From Eledone cirrhosa (lineage: Eukaryota): DNA of 64,000 nucleotides. The stretch spans positions 89,590,001 to 89,654,000 of the forward strand of contig OZ024742.1 in assembly GCA_964016885.1 (NCBI GenBank), given 5' to 3'. Made by a program: the position numbers and the translations under genes. This document shows positions 35,140 to 50,804 of this stretch, one piece after another (position 1 is the stretch's first letter; each line of letters opens with the position of its first letter). The notes beneath the pieces are model-generated. The model did no database searches. It was not told the origin of the DNA and was given only the letters and a program-made list of their open reading frames with translations.

Positions 35140-35960
35140 GCTATCACCGATATAAGGCTTCATTGTCGTTGCTATATATAAACAGGCGTTGATTTTCCAA
35201 AATATGGGGGTTTTAATCCGTCGTTAATATTCATCCCAATTTCGTCAATAGCACGTAAGATTTCATTATTTGGTTTTATTTTATTTAGTATTGTTGTTTT
35301 ATTACGTTCAGCAAGAGAAATGTTTATACATGAATTAATTTCTTTCTGGGAGATTTCGTTGCGAGAAAATTTTAATTATTTATACTTTTGATTATTATTA
35401 TCGATAGTGTTTCCACAACAGTCAAGGCAGACTCAGATGGTACACGTGATCAAATTTCTTACGGGCATAGTTGCTTCAAGGCACTGTTTGACCTGGCTGC
35501 TAGAAGGTCTAGTAGCATAACGACCTATAGAACGTGTTGTTGATTCCATGTTTGTTCTGAGGGACTTACAATTAATAATATTTATCTTATTTTTATTTTT
35601 AACAAAATTCGTTTGTTGGCGTAATTGTTTGGCTGTGAAGTGATTTAGCTCTAGATGTATTTTCTCCCAGTTAGGCTTCATTCTATACATATAGCCAATG
35701 GAGGGATTGTTTTCACCATGTTATAACAATTAAATAAATCATCATTAAGTTGGCAACTCCAAGAGAACTGCGATTTATAATTTTGGTTTCTTCTGTAGCT
35801 ACAACCGAATAAGTTTATTTACATTTCTCATTGATTTTCTCACTGGTTTTATTCGGTAAATTATTTTTGTTCCTTGTGTTCGGTAAATTGTTACTGTTGA
35901 TGCTGTGTCCACCCATACTGTTTATACCAAACCCTTATAAAATGAAGTATATATTTAGTC
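35140..35960 (-). pseudogene. N-terminal fragment of an R4/Dong-like ORF
   Basis: FSWSCQLNDDLFNCY..MYRMKPNWEKIHLELNHFTAKQLRQQ resembles the N-terminal domain of REL-type LINEs (from memory). Confidence 0.5.
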
Positions 35961-36417
35961 AGATATCTCTACGAATTCGAATAAAAGGTGTCATCAGTGG
36001 ATATAGTCAGAAGAATATCCAGTTATTCAACACGACTGTTAGTTGAGGCATTTCTGTCGGAGATATTATTCATCATAAATTCAATAAATAGTATCCCCGC
36101 CAAAATGTGCGAATGATCGCGTTGACTTACTGTGTATGTATGTTCTTCTGGTTTTATAAGTTCACAAATGTTTACCAATAGAGAGAGAGTCGGTTTCTAA
36201 CATAGACACAAGACTCTCATTGGAATTTAGACAACATCAACGAGGTAGATTATGTATGCATGTCTAGATATGGATGTTATTATATGTGTGGATGTGTATG
36301 TTTTGAGTTGTATGTGTGCATGTGTATGTTTTGAGTTGTATGTGTGCATGTGTATGTTTTGAATTGTATGTGTGCATGTGTATATGCTTTGTATCTGTAC
36401 ATGTGTATATGCAGTTA

Positions 36418-36692
36418 TTAGATGCAAAATATTTGGAATGTTTTACATATTTTTACTGTTCCATTAATGGATTGCACTTGTAATTTCCTAACTAGTTGTG
36501 TTCTTTCTGGTCCTGTGAAGCCTAGCTTCTCAAAATTTGTATTGAGGCAGTTACTAACATAACCCAGTGCCCCAATAATCACAGGCATAAATCTGAAGGT
36601 GTAATCAGGGTGGAGAATCTGCAGATTTCTCATCAGTTCTGCATAAATATTCTCCTTTTCGCTAATCTTTGTTATTATATTGGCATCTGCTG
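36418..36692 (-). pseudogene. REL-endonuclease C-terminus of an R4-like LINE (third family)
   Basis: ADANIITKISEKENIYAELMRNLQILHPDYTFRFMPVIIGALGYV. Confidence 0.8.
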
Positions 36693-36848
36693 TGCATACA
36701 CACCCACGCACGCATAATAAAAATGTATATATATATACATAAATAGAATAGACACACAAAATCATATAAAGATACACAATGTGTCATACATGAAAGGATG
36801 CAGCTTGTTATAAACATGTACATACATAGAAAATACATACATACACAC

Positions 36849-36906
<58 letters not shown>

Positions 36907-36941
36907 GTTTATATATATAAAAGAATAGAGGTGTAACACAC

Positions 36942-37327
36942 GCGTTGTGATATATTAGTAAAAGGAAACGAAAATGCTGACAAATTTTTCCCAGTGAAAA
37001 ATAGTTTAATTAGGAATAAGTATTGGTTATCAGTTTTAGGTTTAAGTTTTCACCGGTTGCGCATTTCTAATGCTTTTCAATAATGATTTTGAGGTAGAGC
37101 GTCCGTGATGTTTGCTCTAATTTGTTATAATTTTTAATCTAATCTGATTAGAGCAAACATCACGGACGCTCTATCTCAAAATTATTTTTGAACCGGTTAA
37201 AATTAAAACTAAAACTGAATACTAACCAATACTTATTACTAATTTTTACTTATTCCTAATTAAACTATTTTTCTATGGGAAAAATTTGTCAGCATTTTCT
37301 TTTTCTTTTACTAATATATCACAACGC
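36942..37327. repeat. ~390-bp imperfect palindrome (foldback)
   Basis: gcgttgtgatatattagtaaaag...gagcgtccgtgatgtttgctctaat / attagagcaaacatcacggacgctc...ttttactaatatatcacaacgc. The left end is related to 54630-54752 (reverse complement). Confidence 0.9.
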
Positions 37328-37344
37328 TCAGCTTTATAATAATA

Positions 37345-38976
<1,632 letters not shown>

Positions 38977-39060
38977 AATAATAATAAATTTGAAAACTAA
39001 AATCCAGAGAGGGCTCGATAAGGATAAATATATATCAAATATATAAGAACCGTAGAGCAA

Positions 39061-40528
39061 ATATTTATTAAAATAACAGATTAAAGTTTAAGCAAAGAAT
39101 CGCTGCTTTCACCCTTAACGGGATGTTCTGAAACTAACAAAGTCAATCTGAAAACGCAGAACTGGATATTTCAAAAAACGTTGCAACCGGAGGAAGACAG
39201 GAAGACGATACTTTGGTTAGTGGTAACGTTCGCTGGCAAAGAACGGGAAAAAACGAATAATACGTCATTAATAGGAGCGGTGAAAAACAATTACACGCAA
39301 AGACAGAACCACGTTTATGGTATAAAAGAGGTCGTAGACTAATGTTCTCTTAGGTGGTGCATAGAGACGTTCTCTGGCAATGAACGAAAAAACGAAGATA
39401 AAACGTCATATGTGGAGCGTAGAGAACAATAGCACGCAAAGACAAAACCACGTTAATGGTAAAGCAGAAGTCGTAGACTAAAATTCTAACTCGGAGACCA
39501 AATGAATCTCCGCTACAGAGTTAAGAACAAGTAAATAAATACAATACAGAAGTAATAGAAATAAATAAATACATACACGCAAACAAATACGTACATACAC
39601 AAGCATGCGCAAAACCTTACCATAGGTATACAAAACCACGCTCATATAAATATGTGTGTGTGTGTATGCGTGTATACAAATAAATAAATAATTATATAAA
39701 CGTATATAAATAAATAAATACGTATATAACAAGTGCACACACACGGGAGTTTTGCGTCTGTGTGAGTATGCGTGTTCGTACGTATGGTGGGTGTGTGTAT
39801 TGTGTACTTCTTGTTTCAGTTGACCTACGTCTCCGAACATTCGTGTATTTATATGTAGGTATGTGTGTGCGCTTGATATATACGTATTTATTTATTTATA
39901 TACGTTTATATAATTATTTATTTATTTGTATACACGCATACACACACACATATTTATATGTGCGTGGTTTTGTATACCTATGGTAATATTTTGCGTATGC
40001 TTGTGTATGTACGTATTTGTGTGCGTGTATGTATTTCTATTACTTCTGTATTGTATTTATTTACTTGTTCTTAACTCTGTAGCGGAGATTCATTTGGTCT
40101 GCTAGTTAGAATTTTAGTCTACGACTTCTGCTATACCATTTACGTGGTTTTGTATTTGCGTGCTATTGTTCTCCACGCTCCACATATGACGTATTATCTT
40201 CGTTTTTTTCGTTCATTGCCAGAGAACGTCTCTATGCACCACCTAAGAGAACATTAGTCTACGACCTCTTTTATACCATAAACGTGGTTCTGTCTTTGCG
40301 TGTAATAGTTTTTCACCGCTCCTATTAATGACGTATTATTCGTTTTTTCCCGTTCTTTGCCAGAGAACGTTTCCACGAACCAAAGTATCGTCTTCCTGTC
40401 TTCCTCCGGTTGCAACGTTTTTTGAAATATCCAGTTCTGCGTTTACAGATTGACTTTGTTAGTTTCAGAAGATCCTGTTAAGAGTGAAAGCAGCGATTCT
40501 TTGCTTAAACTTTAATCTGTTATTTTAA

Positions 40529-40535
<7 letters not shown>
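39061..40535. repeat. 1.47-kb foldback: ~680-bp inverted arms around a ~120-bp spacer
   Basis: 39061-39742 vs 39863-40535 reverse complement, highly similar with scattered substitutions. Distal hammerhead-like CAGAAGA-tcctgttaagagt-GAAA at 40466-40489. Confidence 0.92.
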
Positions 40536-40589
<54 letters not shown>

Positions 40590-41117
40590 TAGCAAATGAA
40601 CCCCGTCCGTTGGATGGTTTCAGTTCTTGGTAGGGCTGCAATGTTAATGGTCAATTTCCGTGTTGTATGTTTAACTTGGAGGATCATTTTACCTGATCAA
40701 CTCTTTCAATAAAAAAAAATGAGACGGTATTAAAAAAGAGCAAGTTTTATTTAGAGATATGTGTCATTAAAATGTGAACATAGAGAAATGTATCGTTAGC
40801 CGTGTCGGTTGAACAATGTGTATTTTAAAATATCCATCATGTACACACACACACAAACACATACACACACAAACATACACACACATACACACAAACACAC
40901 ACACATACACAAACACACATACGCACACAATCCCAAGACGTGACGTTGTGGAAGGGGGAGAGTTAAGAAGTGTAATAAATAAGTTAAAATTATAAACGCT
41001 GTATTTATCATATTCGCGTCACACAAACTCCTCTCTCTCTTTATTTTACTCTCTCCCTCTCACTCCTCTCTTTCTATCTCATTCTCACACATCCTTCTCC
41101 CGCTGGCCGTTATGGAA

Positions 41118-41157
<40 letters not shown>

Positions 41158-42659
41158 TGCACGCACACATACACACACAAACACATACACACACATATAC
41201 ACACGCACATACACATACAATCCCATAACGTGGTGTTGTGGAAGGGGGAGAGTTAAGAAGTGTGTAAAAGGAACGCTCTCTCTCTTTATGGCCGTCATGG
41301 AATTTGTTAGTGCAAAAGTCTATAAGATTATAAAATCGAAGTTTGTGACTTCGAAATTAATCATTATGAAATAATTTGTTATTGATGTTACAAACGGTAG
41401 CCTATTTTGGCTATGTGTTTAATTTGACAGAGATCGATGGAATATTTTCCAAGTGAAACTCTTTTACACACACACACACAGAACGGGAATTATATATAAG
41501 ACTAGCAAATGACCCCCGTCCATTGGACGGTGTCAGTTCTTGGTAGGGCTGCAATGTTAATGGTCAATTTCCGTGTTGTATGTTTAACTTGGAGGATAAT
41601 TTTACCTGATCAACTCTTTCAATAAAAAAAAATGAGACGGTATTCAAAAAGAGCAAGTTATATTTACAGATATGTGTCATTAAAATGTGAACATAGAGAA
41701 ATGTATCGTTAGCCCTGTTGGTTGAACAATGTGTATTTTAAAATATCCATCATGTACACACACACACACAAACACATACACACACAAACATACACACACA
41801 TACACACAAACACACACACATACACAAACACACATACGCACACAATCCCAAAACGTGACGTTGTGGAAGGGGGAGAGTTAAGAAGTGTAATAAATAAGTT
41901 AAAATTATAAACGCTGTATTTATCATATTCGCGTCACACACACTCTTCTCTTTCTTTACTTTACTCTCTCTCTCTCACTCCTCTCTTTCTATCTCCCTCT
42001 CACACATCCTTCTCTCTCTGGCCGTTATGGAAATTACACACACACACACACACACACACGCATATACACACACAAACACATACACACACATATACACACG
42101 CACATACAGATACAATCCCATAACGTCGTGTTGTGGAAGGGGGAGAGTTAAGAAGTGTGTAAAAGGAACGCTCTCTCTCTTTATGGCCGTCATGGAATTT
42201 GTTAGTGCAAAAGTCTATAAGATTATAAAATCGAAGTTTGTGACTTCGAAATTAATCATTATGAAATAATTTTTCCTTGATGTTACAAACGGTAGCCTAT
42301 TTTGGCTATGTCTTTAATTTAACAGAGATCGATGGAATATTTTCCAAGTGAAACTCTTTTACACACACACACAGAACGGGAATTATATATAAGACTAGCA
42401 AATGACCCCCGTCCATTGGACGGTGTCAGTTCTTGGTAGGGCTGCAATGTTAATGGTCAATTTCCGTGTTGTATGTTTAACTTGGAGGATAATTTTACCT
42501 GATCAACACTTGCAATAAAAAAAAAAATGAGACGGTATTCAAAAAGAGCAAGTTTTATTTACAGATATGTGTCATTAAAATGTGAACATAGAGAAATGTA
42601 TCGTTAGCCGTGTCGGTTGAACAGTGTGTAATTTTTTTTATTAATAACCAAAAGACAAA

Positions 42660-44265
42660 CAGTAAATGAGACTGGATGTCAAACCATTTTGGATTGCATG
42701 TAAAGGTGATAAAAAGATCAGGACGGCCACAATGGTGGACATAGGTCAGAGCATCCTGCATTTTTTCATGCATGTAACGGGAGCCTCCAGTGTATGATGA
42801 TGGGAGAATGACAGAAAGCCCAACATCCGAAGCATTAGCCTGATCATTTCGGTTTACTTCGTCACGTAGATTGCCGTATTCTTCTGAACGCAGTTCCTTT
42901 TGATGATGTATTATCCATTGGAGGCGTTCAGTGTCAATCTTAGCAAATATGTCTACACAGTATTGATTGAGGAGCATCCGTGTTCTATGCAGAATGTTGA
43001 CGTCGTTTTTGCGAAACATAAGTCTAAATGCATAAAATTCCATTTGTGAAATGGTTTTCCCTGGTGTAAGATGCATTAAACTTACAGGATTACACTTTTG
43101 CAAATCAATGCGGTAGCCATCGTCGCCAAAGCGTAACAGCAATGGATACTGGAGAGCATCATATGCGGGATGAAGTTCATTTATTTTTTGAAGATGCGAG
43201 TCCTGCCATTCAATAACAATATCACGGTTTGAAGCGCTCTCATTAGGACGTTATAATCACCGCAACTTCATCGGTTTGGGGTCTATTAAAGCAACCCTGA
43301 TGCTGCCCTGGTGGAGCGCGGTCATTTCGAATGACAACATTGTATTGATTGTTGTTAGCATCTCTACGTTGTAAAGCAGTTTTGAAAATGGTGGTGTACG
43401 GGTTTATGGAATGAAGCATATATTGAAGGGGCTGCAGAAGAGAAGGTGTCGTTCCTTTAGCAACTGAAGCCCTTCGTGCAATTTCTTCAGGTCCGTTGCC
43501 CATAAAGTAGATCTGGAGAAAACTGTGTTCTTTGCCATCTTGTGGAATAAGTGATCCTATTTGATGGTAATTTGGCCTTGCACTTTAAATGTGGGCATAT
43601 AATTCCCATCTTTTATTGGTGTATGACCAAAGCTTGTCATTTGGAAAGCCGAATTGTAGGCTCTTATATTTCTGAAAAAGTGTTTAGAATCAGGGTGGTC
43701 TCCAAGCAGCAGAGAATTCAAAGGTTCGGCACCGACTTGTAAATAAGGCAATCTAACCGTTCCATTGGAGCAACATATACCGGTAGATTCCACTGGCCAT
43801 CTCATTGCATTGCAATGGACGCAAACAGTTGACATACTACCAATGATGATATGTGGATGTGGGGGTTGTATTGAAAACCTTTCTTAGACCAGTAACAGGA
43901 AGAATCCCTCGGAAAGACATAAGTAAGCATTTTTCGTTGAGAATCAGCCGCATGCCTTGTTGCCCTTTGGTCAACAGTCTCTAAAGCACGGCTATTGGAA
44001 TTAGAATCAGCATTGCGAGCACGCCGGAGTTCTGCTTGTTCAGCTTTCTGTAATGCTCTGATGTTCAAAGTAGAGGCAGCATTGCGAGCACGCCGGAGTT
44101 CTGCTTGTTCAGTTGTTTGTAATGCTCTGGCGATCGAGGTAGAAGCAGCATTGCGAGCACGCCGTAGCACACATTGTTGTTCTGTTTCGCTTGCGCGCAA
44201 AGAACGCAAAGCAAAAGCATTTTTTGTTTTTTTCCAATGTGTCTCTTTCTTCTTCGAGGCATTCT
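42660..44265 (-). pseudogene. Helitron Rep N-terminal part (repeats, zinc finger, Rep motif I), frameshifted and truncated
   Basis: EQAELRRARNAAS repeats; CVHC...CCSNG; NIRAYNSAFQMTSFG; YAFRLM; LPSSYTGG.RYM; GRPDLFITFTCNPKW; no HUH motif or helicase. Confidence 0.92.
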
Positions 44266-45204
44266 ACCGAAAATATGTAATTGAATAAAGCTGATACAAA
44301 TCAATTAAAAGAAATAAATAGTTGTGTACAATGTGTAAATTTTTGTAATAATAAGCAAGACGAAAAAGTATATTTTATCATCTGCTTTTTCTACACGGGA
44401 ATTATATATTAGATTTTCATACTTACAAAATAATTTTGCTAATATCGTGTTTAGCAGTGTCGGTTGAGCAATGTGTAAATATTTGATTAAAAACCAAAAG
44501 AAAAACAGTAAATATATTTCAACCTCTGAATAAGTATTAAAGAAATGACGATTTTTACTTTGAAAATATGATTTATGACATCAAAACTGCTTTAGAATTT
44601 AATTTTTTGGAATAAAAAGTATCGTCTGTTATTTCTTACAATTAACACATTTATACACACACATGCCCACACGCACACACATACGCACGTACACACACAC
44701 ACAAACACATACACACACACACATACACACACATACACACAAACACACACACATACACACACACACATACACACACAATCCCAAGACGTGACGTTGTGGA
44801 AGGTGAAGAGTTAAGAAGTATAATAAGTTAAAATTATAAACACTGTATTTATCGCTAAAGTATCGTCTGTTATTTCTTACAATTAACACATTTATACACA
44901 TACACACACACATGCACACACGCACACACATACGCACGTACACACAAACACAAACACATACACACACATACACAGACAAACACACACACATACACACACA
45001 CACATACGCACACAATCCCAAGACGTGACGTTGTGGAAGGGGGAGAGTTAAGAAGTGTAATAAATAAGTTAAAATTATAAACGCTGTATTTATCATATTC
45101 GCGTCACACTAACTCCTCTCTTTCTTTATTTTACTCTCTCTCTCTCTCACTACTCTCTTTCTATCTCCCTCTCACACATCCTTCTTTCTCTGGCCGTTAT
45201 GGAA

Positions 45205-45250
<46 letters not shown>

Positions 45251-46732
45251 CACGCACACATACACACACAAACACATACACACGCACATACACATACAAT
45301 CCCATAACGTCGTGTTGTGGAAGGGGGAGAGTTAAGAAGTGTGTAAAAGGAACGCTCTCTCCCTTTAATGGCCGTCATGGAATTTGTTAGTGCAAAAGTC
45401 TTTAAGATTATAAAATCGAAGTTTGTGAGTTCGAAATTAATCATTATGAAATAATTTTTTCTTGGTGTTACAAACCGTAGCCTATTTTGGTTATGTGTTT
45501 AATTTGACAGAGATCGATGGAATATTTTCCAAGTGAGACTCTTTTACACACACACACAGAACGGGAATTATATATATAGATTAGCAAATGACCCCCGTCC
45601 ATTGGACGGTGTCAGTTCTTGGTAGGGCTGCAATGTTAATGGTCAATGTCCGTGATGTATGTTGAACTTGGAGGATAATTTTACCTGATCAACTCTTTCA
45701 ATAAAAAAAAAAATGAGACGGTATTCAAAAAGAGCAAGTTTTATTTACAGATATGTGTCATTAAAATGTGAACATAGAGAAACGTATCGTTAGCCGTGTC
45801 GGTTGAACAATGTGTATTTTAAAACATCCATCATGTACACACACACACACACAAACACATACACACACAAACATACACACACATACACACAAACACACAC
45901 ACATACACACACACACATACACACACAATCCCAAGACGTGACGTTGTGGAAAGGGGAGAGTTAAGAAGTGTAATAAATAAGTTAAAATTATAAACGCTGT
46001 ATTTATCATATACGCGTCATACACACTCCTCTCTTTCTTTACTTTACTCTCTCTCTCTCGTTCCTCTCTTTCTATCTCCCTCTCACACATCCTTCTCTCT
46101 CTGGCCGTTATGGAAATTACACACACACACACACATACACACACAAACACATACACACACATATACCCACGCACATACACATACAATCCTATAACGTCGT
46201 GTTGTGGAAGGGGGAGAGTTAAGAAGTGTGTAAAAGGAACGCTCTCTCTCTTAAATGGCCGTCATGGAATTTGTTAGTGCAAAAGTCTATAAGATTATAA
46301 AATCGAAGTTTGTGACTTCGAAATTAATCATTATGAAATAATTTTTTCTTAATGTTACAAACGGTAGCCTATTTTGGCTATGTGTTTAATTTGACAGAGA
46401 TCGATGGAATATTTTCCAAGTGAAACTCTTTTACACACACACACAGAACGGGAATTATATATATAGACTAGCAAATGACCCCCGTCCATTGGACGGTGTC
46501 AGTTCTTGGTAGGGCTGCAATGTTAATGGTCAATTTCCGTGTTGTATGTTTAACTTGGAGGATAATTTTACCTGATCAACACTTGCAATAAAAAAAAAAA
46601 TGAGACGGTATTCAAAAAGAGCAAGTTTTATTTACAGATATGTGTCATTAAAATGTGAACATAGAGAAATGTATCGTTAGCCGTGTCGGTTGAACAGTGT
46701 GTAATTTTTTTTATTAATAACCAAAAGACAAA

Positions 46733-48338
46733 CAGTAAATGAGACTGGATGTCAAACCATTTTGGATTGCATGTAAAGGTGATAAAAAGATCAGGACGGC
46801 CACAATGGTGGACATAGGTCAGAGCATCCTGCATTTTTTCATGCATGTAACGGGAGCCTCCAGTGTATGATGATGGGAGAATGACAGAAAGCCCAACATC
46901 CGAAGCATTAGCCTGATCATTTCGGTTTACTTCGTCACGTAGATTGCCGTATTCTTCTGAACGCAGTTCCTTTTGATGATGTATTATCCATTGGAGGCGT
47001 TCAGTGTCAATCTTAGCAAATATGTCTACACAGTATTGATTGAGGAGCATCCGTGTTCTATGCAGAATGTTGACGTCGTTTTTGCGAAACATAAGTCTAA
47101 ATGCATAAAATTCCATTTGTGAAATGGTTTTCCCTGGTGTAAGATGCATTAAACTTACAGGATTACACTTTTGCAAATCAATGCGGTAGCCATCGTCGCC
47201 AAAGCGTAACAGCAATGGATACTGGAGAGCATCATATGCGGGATGAAGTTCATTTATTTTTTGAAGATGCGAGTCCTGCCATTCAATAACAATATCACGG
47301 TTTGAAGCGCTCTCATTAGGACGTTATAATCACCGCAACTTCATCGGTTTGGGGTCTATTAAAGCAACCCTGATGCTGCCCTGGTGGAGCGCGGTCATTT
47401 CGAATGACAACATTGTATTGATTGTTGTTAGCATCTCTACGTTGTAAAGCAGTTTTGAAAATGGTGGTGTACGGGTTTATGGAATGAAGCATATATTGAA
47501 GGGGCTGCAGAAGAGAAGGTGTCGTTCCTTTAGCAACTGAAGCCCTTCGTGCAATTTCTTCAGGTCCGTTGCCCATAAAGTAGATCTGGAGAAAACTGTG
47601 TTCTTTGCCATCTTGTGGAATAAGTGATCCTATTTGATGGTAATTTGGCCTTGCACTTTAAATGTGGGCATATAATTCCCATCTTTTATTGGTGTATGAC
47701 CAAAGCTTGTCATTTGGAAAGCCGAATTGTAGGCTCTTATATTTCTGAAAAAGTGTTTAGAATCAGGGTGGTCTCCAAGCAGCAGAGAATTCAAAGGTTC
47801 GGCACCGACTTGTAAATAAGGCAATCTAACCGTTCCATTGGAGCAACATATACCGGTAGATTCCACTGGCCATCTCATTGCATTGCAATGGACGCAAACA
47901 GTTGACATACTACCAATGATGATATGTGGATGTGGGGGTTGTATTGAAAACCTTTCTTAGACCAGTAACAGGAAGAATCCCTCGGAAAGACATAAGTAAG
48001 CATTTTTCGTTGAGAATCAGCCGCATGCCTTGTTGCCCTTTGGTCAACAGTCTCTAAAGCACGGCTATTGGAATTAGAATCAGCATTGCGAGCACGCCGG
48101 AGTTCTGCTTGTTCAGCTTTCTGTAATGCTCTGATGTTCAAAGTAGAGGCAGCATTGCGAGCACGCCGGAGTTCTGCTTGTTCAGTTGTTTGTAATGCTC
48201 TGGCGATCGAGGTAGAAGCAGCATTGCGAGCACGCCGTAGCACACATTGTTGTTCTGTTTCGCTTGCGCGCAAAGAACGCAAAGCAAAAGCATTTTTTGT
48301 TTTTTTCCAATGTGTCTCTTTCTTCTTCGAGGCATTCT
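46733..48338 (-). pseudogene. Helitron Rep N-terminal part, copy of 42660-44265 (+4073 bp)
   Basis: All ORF translations are identical at offset 4073. Confidence 0.92.
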
Positions 48339-49277
48339 ACCGAAAATATGTAATTGAATAAAGCTGATACAAATCAATTAAAAGAAATAAATAGTTGTGT
48401 ACAATGTGTAAATTTTTGTAATAATAAGCAAGACGAAAAAGTATATTTTATCATCTGCTTTTTCTACACGGGAATTATATATTAGATTTTCATACTTACA
48501 AAATAATTTTGCTAATATCGTGTTTAGCAGTGTCGGTTGAGCAATGTGTAAATATTTGATTAAAAACCAAAAGAAAAACAGTAAATATATTTCAACCTCT
48601 GAATAAGTATTAAAGAAATGACGATTTTTACTTTGAAAATATGATTTATGACATCAAAACTGCTTTAGAATTTAATTTTTTGGAATAAAAAGTATCGTCT
48701 GTTATTTCTTACAATTAACACATTTATACACACACATGCCCACACGCACACACATACGCACGTACACACACACACAAACACATACACACACACACATACA
48801 CACACATACACACAAACACACACACATACACACACACACATACACACACAATCCCAAGACGTGACGTTGTGGAAGGTGAAGAGTTAAGAAGTATAATAAG
48901 TTAAAATTATAAACACTGTATTTATCGCTAAAGTATCGTCTGTTATTTCTTACAATTAACACATTTATACACATACACACACACATGCACACACGCACAC
49001 ACATACGCACGTACACACAAACACAAACACATACACACACATACACAGACAAACACACACACATACACACACACACATACGCACACAATCCCAAGACGTG
49101 ACGTTGTGGAAGGGGGAGAGTTAAGAAGTGTAATAAATAAGTTAAAATTATAAACGCTGTATTTATCATATTCGCGTCACACTAACTCCTCTCTTTCTTT
49201 ATTTTACTCTCTCTCTCTCTCACTACTCTCTTTCTATCTCCCTCTCACACATCCTTCTTTCTCTGGCCGTTATGGAA

Positions 49278-49323
<46 letters not shown>

Positions 49324-50804
49324 CACGCACACATACACACACAAACACATACACACGCACATACACATACAATCCCATAACGTCGTGTTGTGGAAGGGGG
49401 AGAGTTAAGAAGTGTGTAAAAGGAACGCTCTCTCCCTTTAATGGCCGTCATGGAATTTGTTAGTGCAAAAGTCTTTAAGATTATAAAATCGAAGTTTGTG
49501 AGTTCGAAATTAATCATTATGAAATAATTTTTTCTTGGTGTTACAAACCGTAGCCTATTTTGGTTATGTGTTTAATTTGACAGAGATCGATGGAATATTT
49601 TCCAAGTGAGACTCTTTTACACACACACACAGAACGGGAATTATATATATAGATTAGCAAATGACCCCCGTCCATTGGACGGTGTCAGTTCTTGGTAGGG
49701 CTGCAATGTTAATGGTCAATGTCCGTGATGTATGTTGAACTTGGAGGATAATTTTACCTGATCAACTCTTTCAATAAAAAAAAAAATGAGACGGTATTCA
49801 AAAAGAGCAAGTTTTATTTACAGATATGTGTCATTAAAATGTGAACATAGAGAAACGTATCGTTAGCCGTGTCGGTTGAACAATGTGTATTTTAAAACAT
49901 CCATCATGTACACACACACACACACAAACACATACACACACAAACATACACACACATACACACAAACACACACACATACACACACACACATACACACACA
50001 ATCCCAAGACGTGACGTTGTGGAAAGGGGAGAGTTAAGAAGTGTAATAAATAAGTTAAAATTATAAACGCTGTATTTATCATATACGCGTCATACACACT
50101 CCTCTCTTTCTTTACTTTACTCTCTCTCTCTCGTTCCTCTCTTTCTATCTCCCTCTCACACATCCTTCTCTCTCTGGCCGTTATGGAAATTACACACACA
50201 CACACACATACACACACAAACACATACACACACATATACCCACGCACATACACATACAATCCTATAACGTCGTGTTGTGGAAGGGGGAGAGTTAAGAAGT
50301 GTGTAAAAGGAACGCTCTCTCTCTTAAATGGCCGTCATGGAATTTGTTAGTGCAAAAGTCTATAAGATTATAAAATCGAAGTTTGTGACTTCGAAATTAA
50401 TCATTATGAAATAATTTTTTCTTAATGTTACAAACGGTAGCCTATTTTGGCTATGTGTTTAATTTGACAGAGATCGATGGAATATTTTCCAAGTGAAACT
50501 CTTTTACACACACACACAGAACGGGAATTATATATATAGACTAGCAAATGACCCCCGTCCATTGGACGGTGTCAGTTCTTGGTAGGGCTGCAATGTTAAT
50601 GGTCAATTTCCGTGTTGTATGTTTAACTTGGAGGATAATTTTACCTGATCAACTCTTTCAATAAAACAAAATAAGGCGGTATTCAAAAAGAGCATGTTTT
50701 ATTTACAGATATGTGTCATTAAAATGTGAACATAGAGAAATGTATCGTTAGCCGTGTCGGTTGAACAATGTGTAATTTTTTTTATTAATAACCGAAAGAC
50801 AAAC

